Assembly (NCBI GenBank): GCA_963842945.1
Contig: CAWJIM010000002.1
Location: forward strand, 32,001-96,000
Direction of reading: 5' to 3'
Length of the DNA: 64,000 nucleotides
Origin: an uncultured Gemmatimonadales bacterium
GTDB lineage: Bacteria; Gemmatimonadota; Gemmatimonadetes; Gemmatimonadales; GWC2-71-9
In this document: positions 12,843 through 23,677 of the stretch, one piece after another
Position numbering within the stretch: position 1 is the stretch's first letter
How the letters are laid out: every line of letters begins with the position of its first letter
Translations under genes and position numbers: made by a program
The notes under the pieces: model-generated
What the model was told of the DNA's origin: nothing
Seen by the model: the letters and a program-made list of their open reading frames with translations, nothing else
Database searches by the model: none

Positions 12843-14050
12843 CAGGGATTCTCGAAGGGAAACGAGCGCAAATAACTGACCCGTAGCCGCGGCCGCAGAG
12901 CGGGGTCAGCCGCCCGACTGGAGTAGAACACCGGACGGGAGAAGCTTGCGGCCTCGAGCTCGGGAGTCACTGAGAGCACCAGCCCGGCGGGCCGGGATTC
13001 CCCAATCCATACCTGCTGGAGCAGCCGCACCATTTCCAGCTGCTCGGTCGCGAACGCTCCTACCGCTATGGTATCAACGGCTACCCCGAATCTGGACTCG
13101 ACTGGCGACTTGGCGCCGAGATCGCTGAGAATTCCGCGAGCCACGATTCGGATGGGATCAGTGGCGAGGCCGGTAAGTGGGGCAACCGGCGTCAACTCCA
13201 GCGTGGCCCGGATTACCGTGGCTGAATCCCGGATGCGCGAAGGCAACTCGAAGCGGATCAGCGAGCGCGCCGACGGAGAGCCGCCCACCGTGAGTAGTGT
13301 CGAGTCAATCACTTCGGGAACGGCGGGAAGGGTCGTGTTGAAGGTTGCCGTCAGCGGAAAGGTTCTGAGCTTGGCGGCGCCCGTGTCGGGGATGGCGACG
13401 GTGGCATAGGTCAAGAACACGCCCCCGTTCCCGGCCGCGGACGCGCCGAGCCGGACCCCGGTCAAGCTGGGGGAATCGAGCCGGACGCCGAGGGAGAGGA
13501 CGCCGCTATCGGCGGGAGTCAGAGCGATCCGCGAGAGATCGCTGCCCTGTACCACCGCGCGGATCGCCCCGGTCTTAACTGAATCCGGAATGGGTACGGT
13601 CAGCACCAGATTCTCCGGTATGAACGCCGGATCGAGCTGAGCGTAGCTGGCGGTGGAATCGATAAACGGTGGAAGCCGGTAGAGCAGGAGTTGGAGTGCG
13701 GGTGCCAGGGTATCCCGGGCCAGCACAGTAAAGCCAAAGGCCACCGAATCTACGGTGTAACTCCGCACGGTATCCCGCACACTCACCGAGTCGCTTCGGG
13801 GAGGGAAGCGCATGACCGCGCGCTCCTCGAAGCCCTCGAGGCCGTTGGAAACCAGCAGGGCCGGCGCAGCTTGCGGTTTAACGTAGCCTGCGAAGCTGCT
13901 ATCAGTCCCGGTTATAGGACTGAGTATCTCATCCACTACTTGAGGTGAGCCGCCGGGGCAGAGTGCGGGACAATCACCGGGGGAGGTCAGTTTTTCCTGA
14001 CACCCGCCCAGCAGAAGAGCCCCTCCCAGCGCCAGGCACCATGCTCTCAC
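12842..14050 (-). CDS. Hypothetical lipoprotein
   Basis: GTG start overlapping the cdd stop; [17 protein letters not shown] lipobox; beta-rich, many D(S/T) pairs. Confidence 0.7.
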   Translation of the reverse strand: MRAWCLALGGALLLGGCQEKLTSPGDCPALCPGGSPQVVDEILSPITGTDSSFAGYVKPQAAPALLVSNGLEGFEERAVMRFPPRSDSVSVRDTVRSYTVDSVAFGFTVLARDTLAPALQLLLYRLPPFIDSTASYAQLDPAFIPENLVLTVPIPDSVKTGAIRAVVQGSDLSRIALTPADSGVLSLGVRLDSPSLTGVRLGASAAGNGGVFLTYATVAIPDTGAAKLRTFPLTATFNTTLPAVPEVIDSTLLTVGGSPSARSLIRFELPSRIRDSATVIRATLELTPVAPLTGLATDPIRIVARGILSDLGAKSPVESRFGVAVDTIAVGAFATEQLEMVRLLQQVWIGESRPAGLVLSVTPELEAASFSRPVFYSSRAADPALRPRLRVSYLRSFPFENP

Positions 14051-14433
14051 CGGAGCTGCTCGGGTCCAAAGGCAGCCGGAAGCAGCTCGGATAGGCGCCA
14101 GCTGACGGTCTGCTTGGCGCCCACGCCTTGGATCGGGAGATCCAGCCCGAACTCCGCCAGAACCTGGCGGCAGGCTCCACAGGGAGCTGCCGGCGGATCC
14201 ACATCCGATACGACGACGGCGCGGCGAAAGCGCTGGGCTCCGGCGCTGACCGCCGCGCAGATGGCCGCCCGCTCGGCGCAAATGGTGAGGCCGTAAGACG
14301 CGTTCTCGACGTTGCACCCGAGGAAGACAGTGCCATCGTCTGCCTCTAGGGCAGCACCGACCCGGAAACGGGAGTAGGGAGCATACGCTCGAGCCTGAGC
14401 GGAGCGCGCAGCGGCAATCAGCGAATCAGTCAC
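14047..14433 (-). CDS. cdd: Cytidine deaminase
   Basis: [31 protein letters not shown] and PCGACRQ. Confidence 0.97.
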   Translation of the reverse strand: MTDSLIAAARSAQARAYAPYSRFRVGAALEADDGTVFLGCNVENASYGLTICAERAAICAAVSAGAQRFRRAVVVSDVDPPAAPCGACRQVLAEFGLDLPIQGVGAKQTVSWRLSELLPAAFGPEQLR

Positions 14434-15592
14434 GCCAAACCTCGGACAGAAACGAGGTGCCGGACGCGAGCGCCGGCACGTGAAAGAACTCAGCTACAGT
14501 TTGCCCGATGTCGGCGAAGGTGGAGCGGCGGCCGAGATCCACCGGACGTACTCTGGGACCCAGCACGAGCAGTGGGACTACCTCGCGCGAGTGATCGGTC
14601 GAAGCGGTCGTGGGGTCGTTCCCGTGATCGGCGGTAAAGATAATGAGGTCCTGATCTCGGATTTTCCGAAGCAGGCGAGGCATCGCGGCATCGAGCTCTC
14701 GCAGCCCGCGATAGAACCCCGGAACATCGTTGCGGTGGCCCCAGGTCTGATCGAATTCGATGACGTTGGCCAGCACGAGACCGCCGCTGAGTGTCTCCAA
14801 CGCATCCTCAATGAGGTCGTATGCCTCGCTATTGGTCGCGGCGTGAACGCTGGAGATGCTCCGTCCGGCGAACAGGTCATCCACCTTGCCAACACCGACT
14901 CTGGCGACTCCAGCTTCTGCCAGGCGGTCGAGCAGCGTCAGGCCCGGCGGCGTCAGGCTGAAGTCCCGCCGGTGTGGGGTGCGGACCCAGGCGCCGGGCT
15001 CACCAACGAAGGGCCGGGCGATGACGCGTGACACCGCATGCTCGCCGCGAAGGAGGTTGCGCGCCCGCTCACATGCCAGATACAGCTCGGCCAGGGGAAC
15101 TGTGGACTGGTGAGCCGCCACCTGAAAGACGCTATCGGCGGAGGTATAGACGATCCAGCGTCCGGTCCGGCAGTGCTCCTCCCCATATAGGTCCAGGACG
15201 GCCGTGCCCGAGCTCGGCAAGTTCCCCAGCACACCTCGCCCGGTGATGCGCTCGAACTCCTGAATGAGCTCCGGAGGGAATCCCTGGGGGTAGGTGGGAA
15301 AAGGACGCTTCAGAATGACTCCGCAGATTTCCCAGTGCCCGGTGGTGCTGTCTTTTCCCGGACTGGCTGGCTCGCAGACCCCGAACGCGGCCTCTGGATC
15401 GGGGACGTCTGCCAAGCCCTCCACCATAGCACAGCGGCCCAGGCCGAGCCGTTCCAGCTGGGGCAGCCTTAGGCCTCCTACCACCCGCGCCACGTTGCCC
15501 AGGGTGTTGCTACCGGCGTCTCCGTAGGCCGGTGTATCGTGGGCTGAACCGATACCGAGGCCATCGAGCACGATGATCGCGGCCCGCCGCAT
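14426..15592 (-). CDS. deoB: Phosphopentomutase
   Basis: [41 protein letters not shown] and TADHGNDP. Confidence 0.96.
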   Translation of the reverse strand: MRRAAIIVLDGLGIGSAHDTPAYGDAGSNTLGNVARVVGGLRLPQLERLGLGRCAMVEGLADVPDPEAAFGVCEPASPGKDSTTGHWEICGVILKRPFPTYPQGFPPELIQEFERITGRGVLGNLPSSGTAVLDLYGEEHCRTGRWIVYTSADSVFQVAAHQSTVPLAELYLACERARNLLRGEHAVSRVIARPFVGEPGAWVRTPHRRDFSLTPPGLTLLDRLAEAGVARVGVGKVDDLFAGRSISSVHAATNSEAYDLIEDALETLSGGLVLANVIEFDQTWGHRNDVPGFYRGLRELDAAMPRLLRKIRDQDLIIFTADHGNDPTTASTDHSREVVPLLVLGPRVRPVDLGRRSTFADIGQTVAEFFHVPALASGTSFLSEVWRD

Positions 15593-15840
15593 CAGGGCTT
15601 GGGGCCGGTTTGGACGAACCGGAAACGAAGCGCGGTGACTGCCTGATCCAGCAGCTGTTTCTCGTCCTGCTCGAGCTTGCCCTCGGTCTTTTCGGAGAGC
15701 ATACCGAGCGTGTCGATCAGGGTCTGCGCCACCTGGCGCGGATCACCCACGCTTTCCGCGCCGGGAGGCAGCTGCCCCGAAAGGGCCGCTTCGGCCTGGT
15801 GGGCCAGCCCGAGGACGAGCGAGGCGAAATGGGGGTTCAT
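15592..15840 (-). CDS. DUF1844-like small protein
   Basis: MNPHFASLVLGL...AQTLIDTLGMLSEKTEGKLEQDEKQLL..LRFRFV. Confidence 0.8.
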   Translation of the reverse strand: MNPHFASLVLGLAHQAEAALSGQLPPGAESVGDPRQVAQTLIDTLGMLSEKTEGKLEQDEKQLLDQAVTALRFRFVQTGPKP

Positions 15841-16944
15841 GGAGAGTTTCGGTATTCTCGGTGGACCCGGGGCCCAATCCTGGTCAGCAGCTCGTAGGAG
15901 ATGGTACCGGCCCAATCGGCCTGTTGGTCCAGGGAGACGAGGCCACCATAGATGGTTCCCACGTCCCCTACGGCAACCGCCTCGTCCACCAGCGCCATGC
16001 ACATGTCCATGGTGACCCGCGCAACGAGCGGCACGAGCCTGCCGTTCAGTTCGATCTCTCGCACCCCCGGCTGAGAGCCGCGGGCAGAGCGCGGAAACCC
16101 GTCGGCATAGCCTACGGCAAGCGTCGCGATGTTGCAGCGGCGGTCCGCCCGAAAGCTCCCGCCATAACCCACGGTGTCTCCCGGCTCCAAGCAGCGAAAC
16201 GCCACAACCCGGGCGCGGAGTGCAGCCACGGGCTGCGCGATTGCGGTGCCGGCAGCTCCTCCATAGAGGAAGATGCCGGGGCGAACCAGATCTGCCGCGT
16301 AGCGGCTGCCCTGCAATGCGGCGGCGCTGTTGGCGGCGTGAACCAGCGAAGGTCGCCGAGGCAGCGTCTTCCAGGGTCTGCTGGAAGCGCCGCCACTGGA
16401 GCGCCGTAGTATCAGCATCGGACTCGGAGTCGAGAAAATGGGTGAACACCCCTTCCCATGCGCGAGCCGTTTTCAATGTGCTCCGAATTCGTTCCATTGC
16501 TGGGCCGTCGTTCCACCGAACCCCCGCCCGGCTCATCCCGGTATCGATCTCGAGGTGGAATGGCCGGTCGCCCTGAGCCACCCAGGCGTCGAGCGCCGCC
16601 GGATCTCCAACAGCGGGACGTAGATCGAGCTCTATGTACCGAGAAATCCACTGGGGAACGAGCGGTGTTGCCACGAGGATGGGCCGAGTGATTCCAGCGG
16701 AGCGGAGGCTCTCCCCTTCCTCGATCGACGCTACCCCGAAGCCCCAGGGGTCTACGACCTCCAGGGCTCGCGCCACTTCCACCGCACCCAAACCATAGCC
16801 GTTAGCTTTGACCATCGGCAACAAACGACTACCACTGACTGCGGCAACTTTGCGCGCGTTCGCCACCAGCGCGGCCAGGTCAACATCCACCCAGGCACGC
16901 GCGGTCTCGGGAGAAAAGGTGGTGGTCAAGGCGGCGGGTATCAT
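15837..16944 (-). CDS. alr: Alanine racemase (frameshift ~16370; start TTG 16929 or ATG 16944)
   Basis: PLP lysine motif MVKANGYGLG, IDTGMSRAG, HAANSAA, VRPGIFLYG, GYADG, VTMDM and TISYE. Confidence 0.94.
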
Positions 16945-16945
16945 A
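16939..16945. promoter_or_regulatory. Overlapping -10 elements on both strands between divergent alr and mazG
   Basis: TATCATA gives TATCAT on plus (16939-16944) and TATGAT on minus (16945-16940). Confidence 0.5.
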
Positions 16946-16962
16946 TTCGGCGTGAGGGTTAC

Positions 16963-17789
16963 ATGCAAGACAAATCGGCGTTGGGGCGCGCGATGGAGAT
17001 GGTGAGAGATCTCCGCATCCGCTGTTCCTGGGACCGGGCCCAGACCCGCGAAACCCTTCGGCCCTACCTGGTCGAGGAAGCGCTCGAGCTGGACCATGCG
17101 TTGGGTGAAGGCGATCCCCGTACGATCCAGGGTGAATTGAGCGATCTCCTGCTTCACCTCGCCTTTCAGCTGGTGCTGGCCGAGGAATCAGGCGATTTCA
17201 CCCCCGAAGAGGTGGCCGGCGAGCTCGAGCGAAAGATGCAACGACGGCATCCTCACCTGTTCGAGCTCGGCGAACCCGAGCCGTGGGAGGCGATCAAACG
17301 GCGGGAGCGGCGAGGGCGGGTGCTCGACGGTATCGTTCCTACCCTACCCCCACTCCTTATGGCGTGTCGCCTGCAAGAGCGTGCCGCATCGGTCGGGTTC
17401 GATTGGCCGGACGTGAGTGGGCCGCTGAGGAAGGTCAGAGAGGAGTTGGCCGAAGTGGAGGCAGAGCTGCAAGCCGTCGCAGCGGGCAGAGCGCCCCCGA
17501 GATCCGGATCCGAACAGCTCCAGACTGGGTCTCCGGCGACGCCCTGATCGGCGAGATTGGTGATCTGCTCTTCGCGGTGGTCAATCTCGCCCGGAAAGCT
17601 GGGGTACAGCCGGGGGTCGCGCTCGACCGTGCCAATCGGAAATTCCGCAGCCGGTTCGGCGATGTGGAGCGGCTGGCAGCGGAAAGGGGAATCGATGTGT
17701 CCGCCGCAGGACTCGAGACCCTCGACGCCTTGTGGGATGAGGTAAAGGCTAGGGATACAACCGGTGTATCTGCCGCGGAAAAGCTATAG
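16963..17789 (+). CDS. mazG: Nucleoside triphosphate pyrophosphohydrolase MazG (frameshift ~17530)
   Basis: CSWDRAQT..TL.PYLVEE, ELSDLL, RRHPH, RAASVGFDW, EIGDLLF and ANRKFRSRF. Confidence 0.93.
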
Positions 17790-19045
17790 CCTCGCGAATG
17801 TGAGGAATCCCACAGATCCAGGCCACGGTTCGCTCGATGCCCAGGCCGAAACCCGAGTGGACAAAGGTGCCGTACTTTCTGAGATCGAGATACCAGCGAT
17901 AAGCCTCGGGATCGAGACCCTGTTCCTGGATCCGGCTCAGCAGCTTCTCGTAGTTATCCTCCCGCTGCGATCCGCCGATGATCTCCCCGTACCCCTCCGG
18001 CGCGAGACAGTCATTGTTCAGTACCGTCCGCTGATCCGCCGGGTTTTCCTTCATGTAGAAGGCCTTCACGTGCTTGGGATAGTTGTACACGAACACCGGA
18101 CGGTCATACTCGCGCGCAAGCAACGTCTCATCGTCCCCGCCCAGGTCGCTGCCCCAGATCATATCGGAGCCGAGAGCGTTGAGACGGGCCACAGCATCGG
18201 TATAGGAGATTCGGGGAAACGGCGGCTGGACTCGCTGCAGATGGAGCGACGTCCCGCTCCAGCTCCTTCAGCTCCTCCTGACGGCGTTCCAGAGCGCGGC
18301 CTACCAGGTAGCTGACGAATTCCTCCTGCAGACGCATGTTGGCGTCGGAATCGTTGAAAGCGACCTCCGGCTCGACCATCCAGAATTCAGTAAGATGCCG
18401 GCGGGTCTTGGACTTCTCGGCTCGGAAGGTGGGCCCGAAGCAGTAGACCTTGCCGAAGGCGGCCGCCGCCGCTTCCACGTACAGTTGACCGGTCTGGGCG
18501 AGGTAGGCCTTACCCAGATCGAAGTAGTCGGTAGCAAAGAGGTTTCCTGCCTCTTCCCCGATGGCCCCGGTCAGAATGGGGGTATCTACCAGGACAAAGT
18601 CCCGCTGGTAGAAAAAGTCGCGGATGGCCTGCACCACCTCATGGCGCACCCGGGCAATGGCGGCCTGGCGGCGGCTCCGAAGCCACAGGTGTCTATGCTC
18701 GAAGAGGAAAGTCGTCCCATGCTCTTTGGGACTGATAGGAAAATCAGGGCTGCTCCCGAGCAGCTCGATGGACTGGACCGCAAGCTCGTAGCCACCGGGC
18801 GAACGCGGCTCGGCCCGCACGGTCCCGGTCACCGCCACGCTGGCTTCATGGGTCAGCGCCGAAAACGTAGCCCAGGTGGCTTCCGCTACCTCTTTCTTCG
18901 AAAGAACGCCTTGGACGTATCCCGAACCATCGCGGAGGACCACGAACGCGATCTTTCCGCTGGAGCGCGTGGTCGCGACCCATCCTCGCACGGTGACGGT
19001 TTCGCCCACGTGCGCGTGAAGCCCGCTGATGTTCGCTACGGTCAT
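17749..19045 (-). CDS. asnS: Asparagine--tRNA ligase (frameshifts ~18190-18250)
   Basis: OB fold, [42 protein letters not shown] and [10 protein letters not shown]. Confidence 0.96.
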
Positions 19046-19084
19046 GCGGTATCCGCTGGGAGTGGGTGCAGCCTACGAGGAGCG

Positions 19085-20139
19085 TTGAGTCTAGCCGTGC
19101 TGCTGGGAGGCGTCAACGCGGCCTGCATAAACTTCCGTCCGCCACCGGCGCCACTTGCCGCCAGCGTGGCCGGCGATGCCCCTACGCCAGTGTGGACGGC
19201 GAAAGCCGGCCGGCGGTTTACCGATCCGGTCGAGATCGAGGACAACACGCTCTATGGCGGCAGCATCGATCGAAGAGTCTATGCGGTGAATCTCGCGAGC
19301 GGTGACGTGCGCTGGTCCTCGCGCTTGCCTGGCATGATCGTTGGCGGCGTCCTGGTCTCGGGCGACACCGTGTTCGCGGCTAGCTCCCGGCCTCAGGGAA
19401 GAGTCTCCGCCCTTCGCGGATCCACCGGGAAGCAGATCTGGCGAGTCTCGACCCCGCCTGATCGGCGCCCCGCTCGCGCTCATCAATGGGACACTGATCG
19501 CGCTCACTCAGCAGGGTGAGGCACTGGGCGTCGATCCGGCGCAAGGCAAGATCAAATGGCGGCGGAGACTCGGCGTGGCCCGCACCGCGGCCGTGCCCGC
19601 TGGTGAGGGCGGAGCACTGGTCGCAACGACGGATTCCCTGTTCCGGTTGGAGACCGGCGATGGGAGGATTACCCATCGGGCCAGGACACCCGGAACGATC
19701 GTGTCTTCGGTGCTCCAGCAGGGAGACGCCCTGATCGCGGGCACCACCGACTCTCTGGTGGTATCGATCAGCCCGGATGACCTGCAAGTCCCGGTGGACT
19801 CTGCGAGTTGATGCGCCGGTACTCGGGTCCCCGGCTGCCTTGGGAGACACATTGTACCTGGCGACTCGGGCGGGAACTCTGTACCGGATCGAGTCTGGGC
19901 CGGAGCCGAAACTGAAGACACTGGCTCGGCTGGACTGGCCGGTCACGACTCCGGTGACAATTGTAGGGCGGCAGATTCTGCTGGGCGGAGCGGACGGCGT
20001 GATCCGTGCGCTCCGCACGGACGGAACCGAGATCTGGCGGGTGCGGGTGTGGCGCCCGGTTGAGCTGGGTCCGGTTCCGCTGAGCGACGGGCTCCTCGCC
20101 TTGGGAGGGAATGGCGACTTGCATCGATTCCGGCGATGA
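19085..20139 (+). CDS. PQQ-like beta-propeller (BamB-like) protein, possibly a lipoprotein (frameshifts ~19455 and ~19790; start uncertain)
   Basis: Repeated A.D..G...W blades (AVNLASGDVRW, ALRGSTGKQIW, GVDPAQGKIKW, ALRTDGTEIW); possible lipobox ..NAAC. Confidence 0.8.
19088..19116 (-). promoter_or_regulatory. Sigma70-like promoter for asnS
   Basis: Minus strand TTGACG (19116-19111), 17-bp spacer, TAGACT (19093-19088). Confidence 0.55.
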
Positions 20140-20588
20140 TCCGCCTCTGGATTCTCTTGTTGGGGGCGGCGCTGTTAAGCAGCCCAGCTCAGGCGCAGGA
20201 ACCGAGCCCGCTGGTCAAGTACGGCAAGTGGGTGCTGGTGGCCGGCTCAGCTGCCATGAACTATCTAGCCCTGGAAGCGCATAACGACGCGGAGGACTCC
20301 TTCGACGAGGTGGAATCGCGCTGCTTCGATAACCCCTCCCGGTGTGACCTCGGACCCACCGGCACTTACACCGATCCCGAGATCGAAGCCTTCTATCAGA
20401 CCTCACTCCACTACGACCGGGCGGCCCGGGGTTGGCTGATTGGAGGCCAGGCGGCGCTCGCCGGGGCGGCAGTGCTGTTCATCTGGGAGCTCACGCTGCC
20501 CAAGGGCCCGCCGGAGAACATTCCCTTCGAGCCCGAAGTGCGCAGCCTGTACCAGGCCACCGGGCTGGGAGTGCGGCTACAATTTTAA
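20136..20588 (+). CDS. Hypothetical secreted/membrane protein
   Basis: Signal peptide, Cys pair, two hydrophobic segments, C-terminal Phe; ATGA overlap with the upstream gene. Confidence 0.7.
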   Translation: MIRLWILLLGAALLSSPAQAQEPSPLVKYGKWVLVAGSAAMNYLALEAHNDAEDSFDEVESRCFDNPSRCDLGPTGTYTDPEIEAFYQTSLHYDRAARGWLIGGQAALAGAAVLFIWELTLPKGPPENIPFEPEVRSLYQATGLGVRLQF

Positions 20589-20600
20589 GCTTCCGTGGGT

Positions 20601-22689
20601 TTACCCCACCCGAAACAACTCGACTGCCCGAGGATAACGCGACACCGCTCGCTCCCGCAGACGCTGGTTCTCCCGCCGCTGCAACCCAGGGTCCGCGGTA
20701 ATCACCTGCGTGGCCAGCTCGCGGGCGTGGGTCAGCAGATCGGTATCCTCGGGGAGTCTCGCGTGGCGCAGCTCGAATCCTCCGTGCTGCCGGGCGCCAA
20801 TCAAGTCGCCCATTCCCCGCTCTGCCAAATCCAGCTCCGCGATCTTGAAACCATCCAGGGTGGACGCAAATCCCTCCAACCGCTCGGGCGACGGACCGTC
20901 AACCAGGAGGATGCAATAGCTCTCCTGGGAACCCCGGCCGATCCGGCCCCGTAGTTGGTGCAGCTGGGCCAGGCCAAATCGGTCTGGGTGCTCGATCACC
21001 ATAATGGTGGCGTTGGGCACGTCGATGCCGACCTCGATGACCGTGGTGGCCACCAGCACGTGCACCTCGCCATTGCGAAAGCGGCGCATCACCTGGTCAC
21101 GGTCTTCCGCCTTCATCCTGCCATGCACCAGATCCACTTGCAGGTCGGGCCAGCGAGCGGCCAGCGTCTGGACCATCGTGGTTGCGGCGCGCAGATCGGC
21201 CCGCTCGGATTCCTCGATCACCGGCAACACCACGTAGGCCTGGCGTCCCTTCAGGCACTCGGCACGGACGAAATCGAACACCCGCTCGCGCTGATTCGCG
21301 GTAACGCAGCGCAGTTCGAACCAGCCCGCGTCCAGGCGGCCGTTCGCGCAGGGTCGATACGTCGAGGTCACCGTAAAGCGTCAGAGCGAGTGAGCGTGGA
21401 ATAGGCGTAGCGGTGAGCAGCAGCACGTCCGGGGCAACACCTTTCCCGATCAGCGCCCGCCCGCTGCTCGACGCCGAACCTGTGCTGCTCGTCGATGACC
21501 ACCAGGCCGAGCCGCTTGAACGTCACCCCCTCCTGCAGCAGGGCATGGGTACCGACCGCGAGCCGAGCCTGCCCCGTGGCCAGCCGTTTTCGCACCGCCG
21601 CTTTCTCCGCCGGCGTCTGCCGGCCGAGCAGTAGCTCGGGCCTGAGCTGCAGAGGCTCCAGCAGCTTCTCGAGGGTGGCGCCGTGCTGCTCCACCAGCAG
21701 CTCGGTGGGCGCCATGAGGGCAGCCTGAAAGTCGTTTTCCAGGGCCAGCAGCATCGCAAACAGGGCGACCACCGTCTTTCCCGTTCCGACGTCGCCCATG
21801 AGCAGGCGGTGCATCCGGTCGGGGATGTCATGTCGCCGGTGATCTCGCGCAGGGCTCGTTGCTGGTCGCCGGTCAGCTCCCACGGCAGATTCTCGCGCAA
21901 CCTGCGTCGTCAGGTCCCGTTTGAGGCTGAATGCAACGCCGCTTCGGTGGCGCTTGGCGATCACGCGGGCGCGAATCAGCATCAACTGCAGATCGAACAG
22001 CTCGTCGAAGGCCAGGCGCCGGCGGCCTCGCTCCGCCTCCTCCAGCGCACGAGGACGGTGTACCGCCTGAAGCGCCTCGCGGAAGGGATGGCAGCTGCGA
22101 GACTCGCCGGCAGGGCCGGCGGGAGAACGTCTTCTGCCAGCGGGATCAGCGCATCGAGGTGCCGGTCGATCAGCGAGCGGATGACCTTGTGACTCAGCCC
22201 CTCAGTTGCCGGGTAGACCGGCAGCACTTTGCCGCTGAACAGTGGGTCGGCATCGGTGTCGAGGTCGCCCAGAACGACAAATTCGCGGGGTGCCATCTGC
22301 CGGCCATGGTAGAAGCGGACCGGACCGGATACGAGGAGCGTCTGACCGACCACGATGGTACGGTCGAGAAATGGCTGGCCGGGCCAGACGCACTCCAGAA
22401 GCCCGCTCTCGTCGCGGAGAACCGCATGAAAGATTCGGAGCCCGCGGCGGGTCGGGAGAACACCTTTGGTGACCACCCGGCCCATGCAGGCAACTTCCTG
22501 CCCGACTTCTGCCCGGGCCAGCGGAGTAAGGGTTGACGCGTCGATGTAGCGATGGGGGAGATGCCAGAGAAGATCGCGAGCGGTACGGATGCCCAGCCGG
22601 CCAAGAGCCTCCGCGCGCCGTTCCCCGATCCCCTTGAGAAACTGGACCGGGGTGTCCAGCCGGACGGCGCCGGCGGTCCTGCTGGGCAT
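20601..22689 (-). CDS. recG: ATP-dependent DNA helicase RecG (multiple frameshifts)
   Basis: [55 protein letters not shown] and QLRGRIGRG spread across frames. Confidence 0.95.
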
Positions 22690-22695
22690 GATGAG

Positions 22696-23638
22696 CTACG
22701 AGGCCGGGACCGGGGCCTCAGCCAGCAGGTTCTCGGCAAACCGCTCCGGATCGAACGGCTCCAGATCCTCGACCGACTCGCCGAGGCCGATGAACCGAAT
22801 CGGCAGAGCCAGCTCCCGCCGCAGCGCCGCGACGGCCCCACCCCGGGCGCTGCCGTCCAGCTTGGTGACGATCAGGCCGGTCGGTGACACGGCCTCGGCG
22901 AAGAGCTTGCCCTGTTGCACGGCGTTCTGCCCCACGGTTCCGTCGAGCACCAGCAGGGTCTCGTGGGGCGCGCCAGGCAGCCGCCGGCCCACGACCCGGG
23001 TAATCTTCCGGAGCTCGTCCATGAGACCCTCCTGCGTGTGCAGCCGGCCCGCCGTGTCAACGATGACCGTATCCAGGCCGCGGGAGCTTGCGGCGTCGAT
23101 CGCATCGAAACGCCACCGAAGCGGGATCGCCCCCGGGAGCACCGGCCACGCAGGGCAGGCCCAAACGGTTGGCCCAGATCTGCAACTGTGCCACGGCACC
23201 GGCACGATAAGTATCCGCGGCGGCAAGCAGCACCTTGCGCCCTTCCTTCTGAAGTTTCCAGCCCAGCTTGGCCGCAGTGGTCGTTTTTCCCGTTCCGTTC
23301 ACTCCGACGAGGAGAATGACCGTGGGACCAGAACTGGCTCTGGCAATGTCTCCGGGAGCCTCCTCGCCGCGCAGCAGGTCGGCAAGGCGATGCTGCAGGG
23401 ATCGCTTGAGATCGGCTTCAGTCTTGAGCTTTCCGCGCCGGACCTCGTCCTCCAGCGCTTCCGTGAGCTCCACCGTGGCGGCAACACCGAAGTCGGCCTC
23501 GATCAGGACCCGCTCCATGTTCTCCAGATCATCGGCATTGAGTCCGCGCATGAGCGCGCCGACATCCGTGAGCGCAATGCGCTTGATCCGAGACCAGACG
23601 CTTGGTTTTTCCGAGCTTCCCAGCCTGTTGTATTTCAT
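22696..23638 (-). CDS. ftsY: Signal recognition particle receptor FtsY (frameshift ~23115)
   Basis: GVNGTGKTTT, DTYRAGA, DTAGRLH, TKLDGSARGG and GLGE. Confidence 0.95.
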
Positions 23639-23677
23639 CCCTTGCTCTTGCAGTGCATAGAAAGGGAATCTATCACC

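Noticed and set aside
15592..17157. Apparent Alr-DUF1844 fusion ORF (521 aa)
   Set aside because: Artefact of the alr frameshift at ~16370; the Alr C-terminus is in another frame and DUF1844 has its own ATG
16963..17789. MazG as an anti-phage or toxin-antitoxin component
   Set aside because: Ordinary tandem-domain housekeeping MazG with no mazEF or defence neighbours
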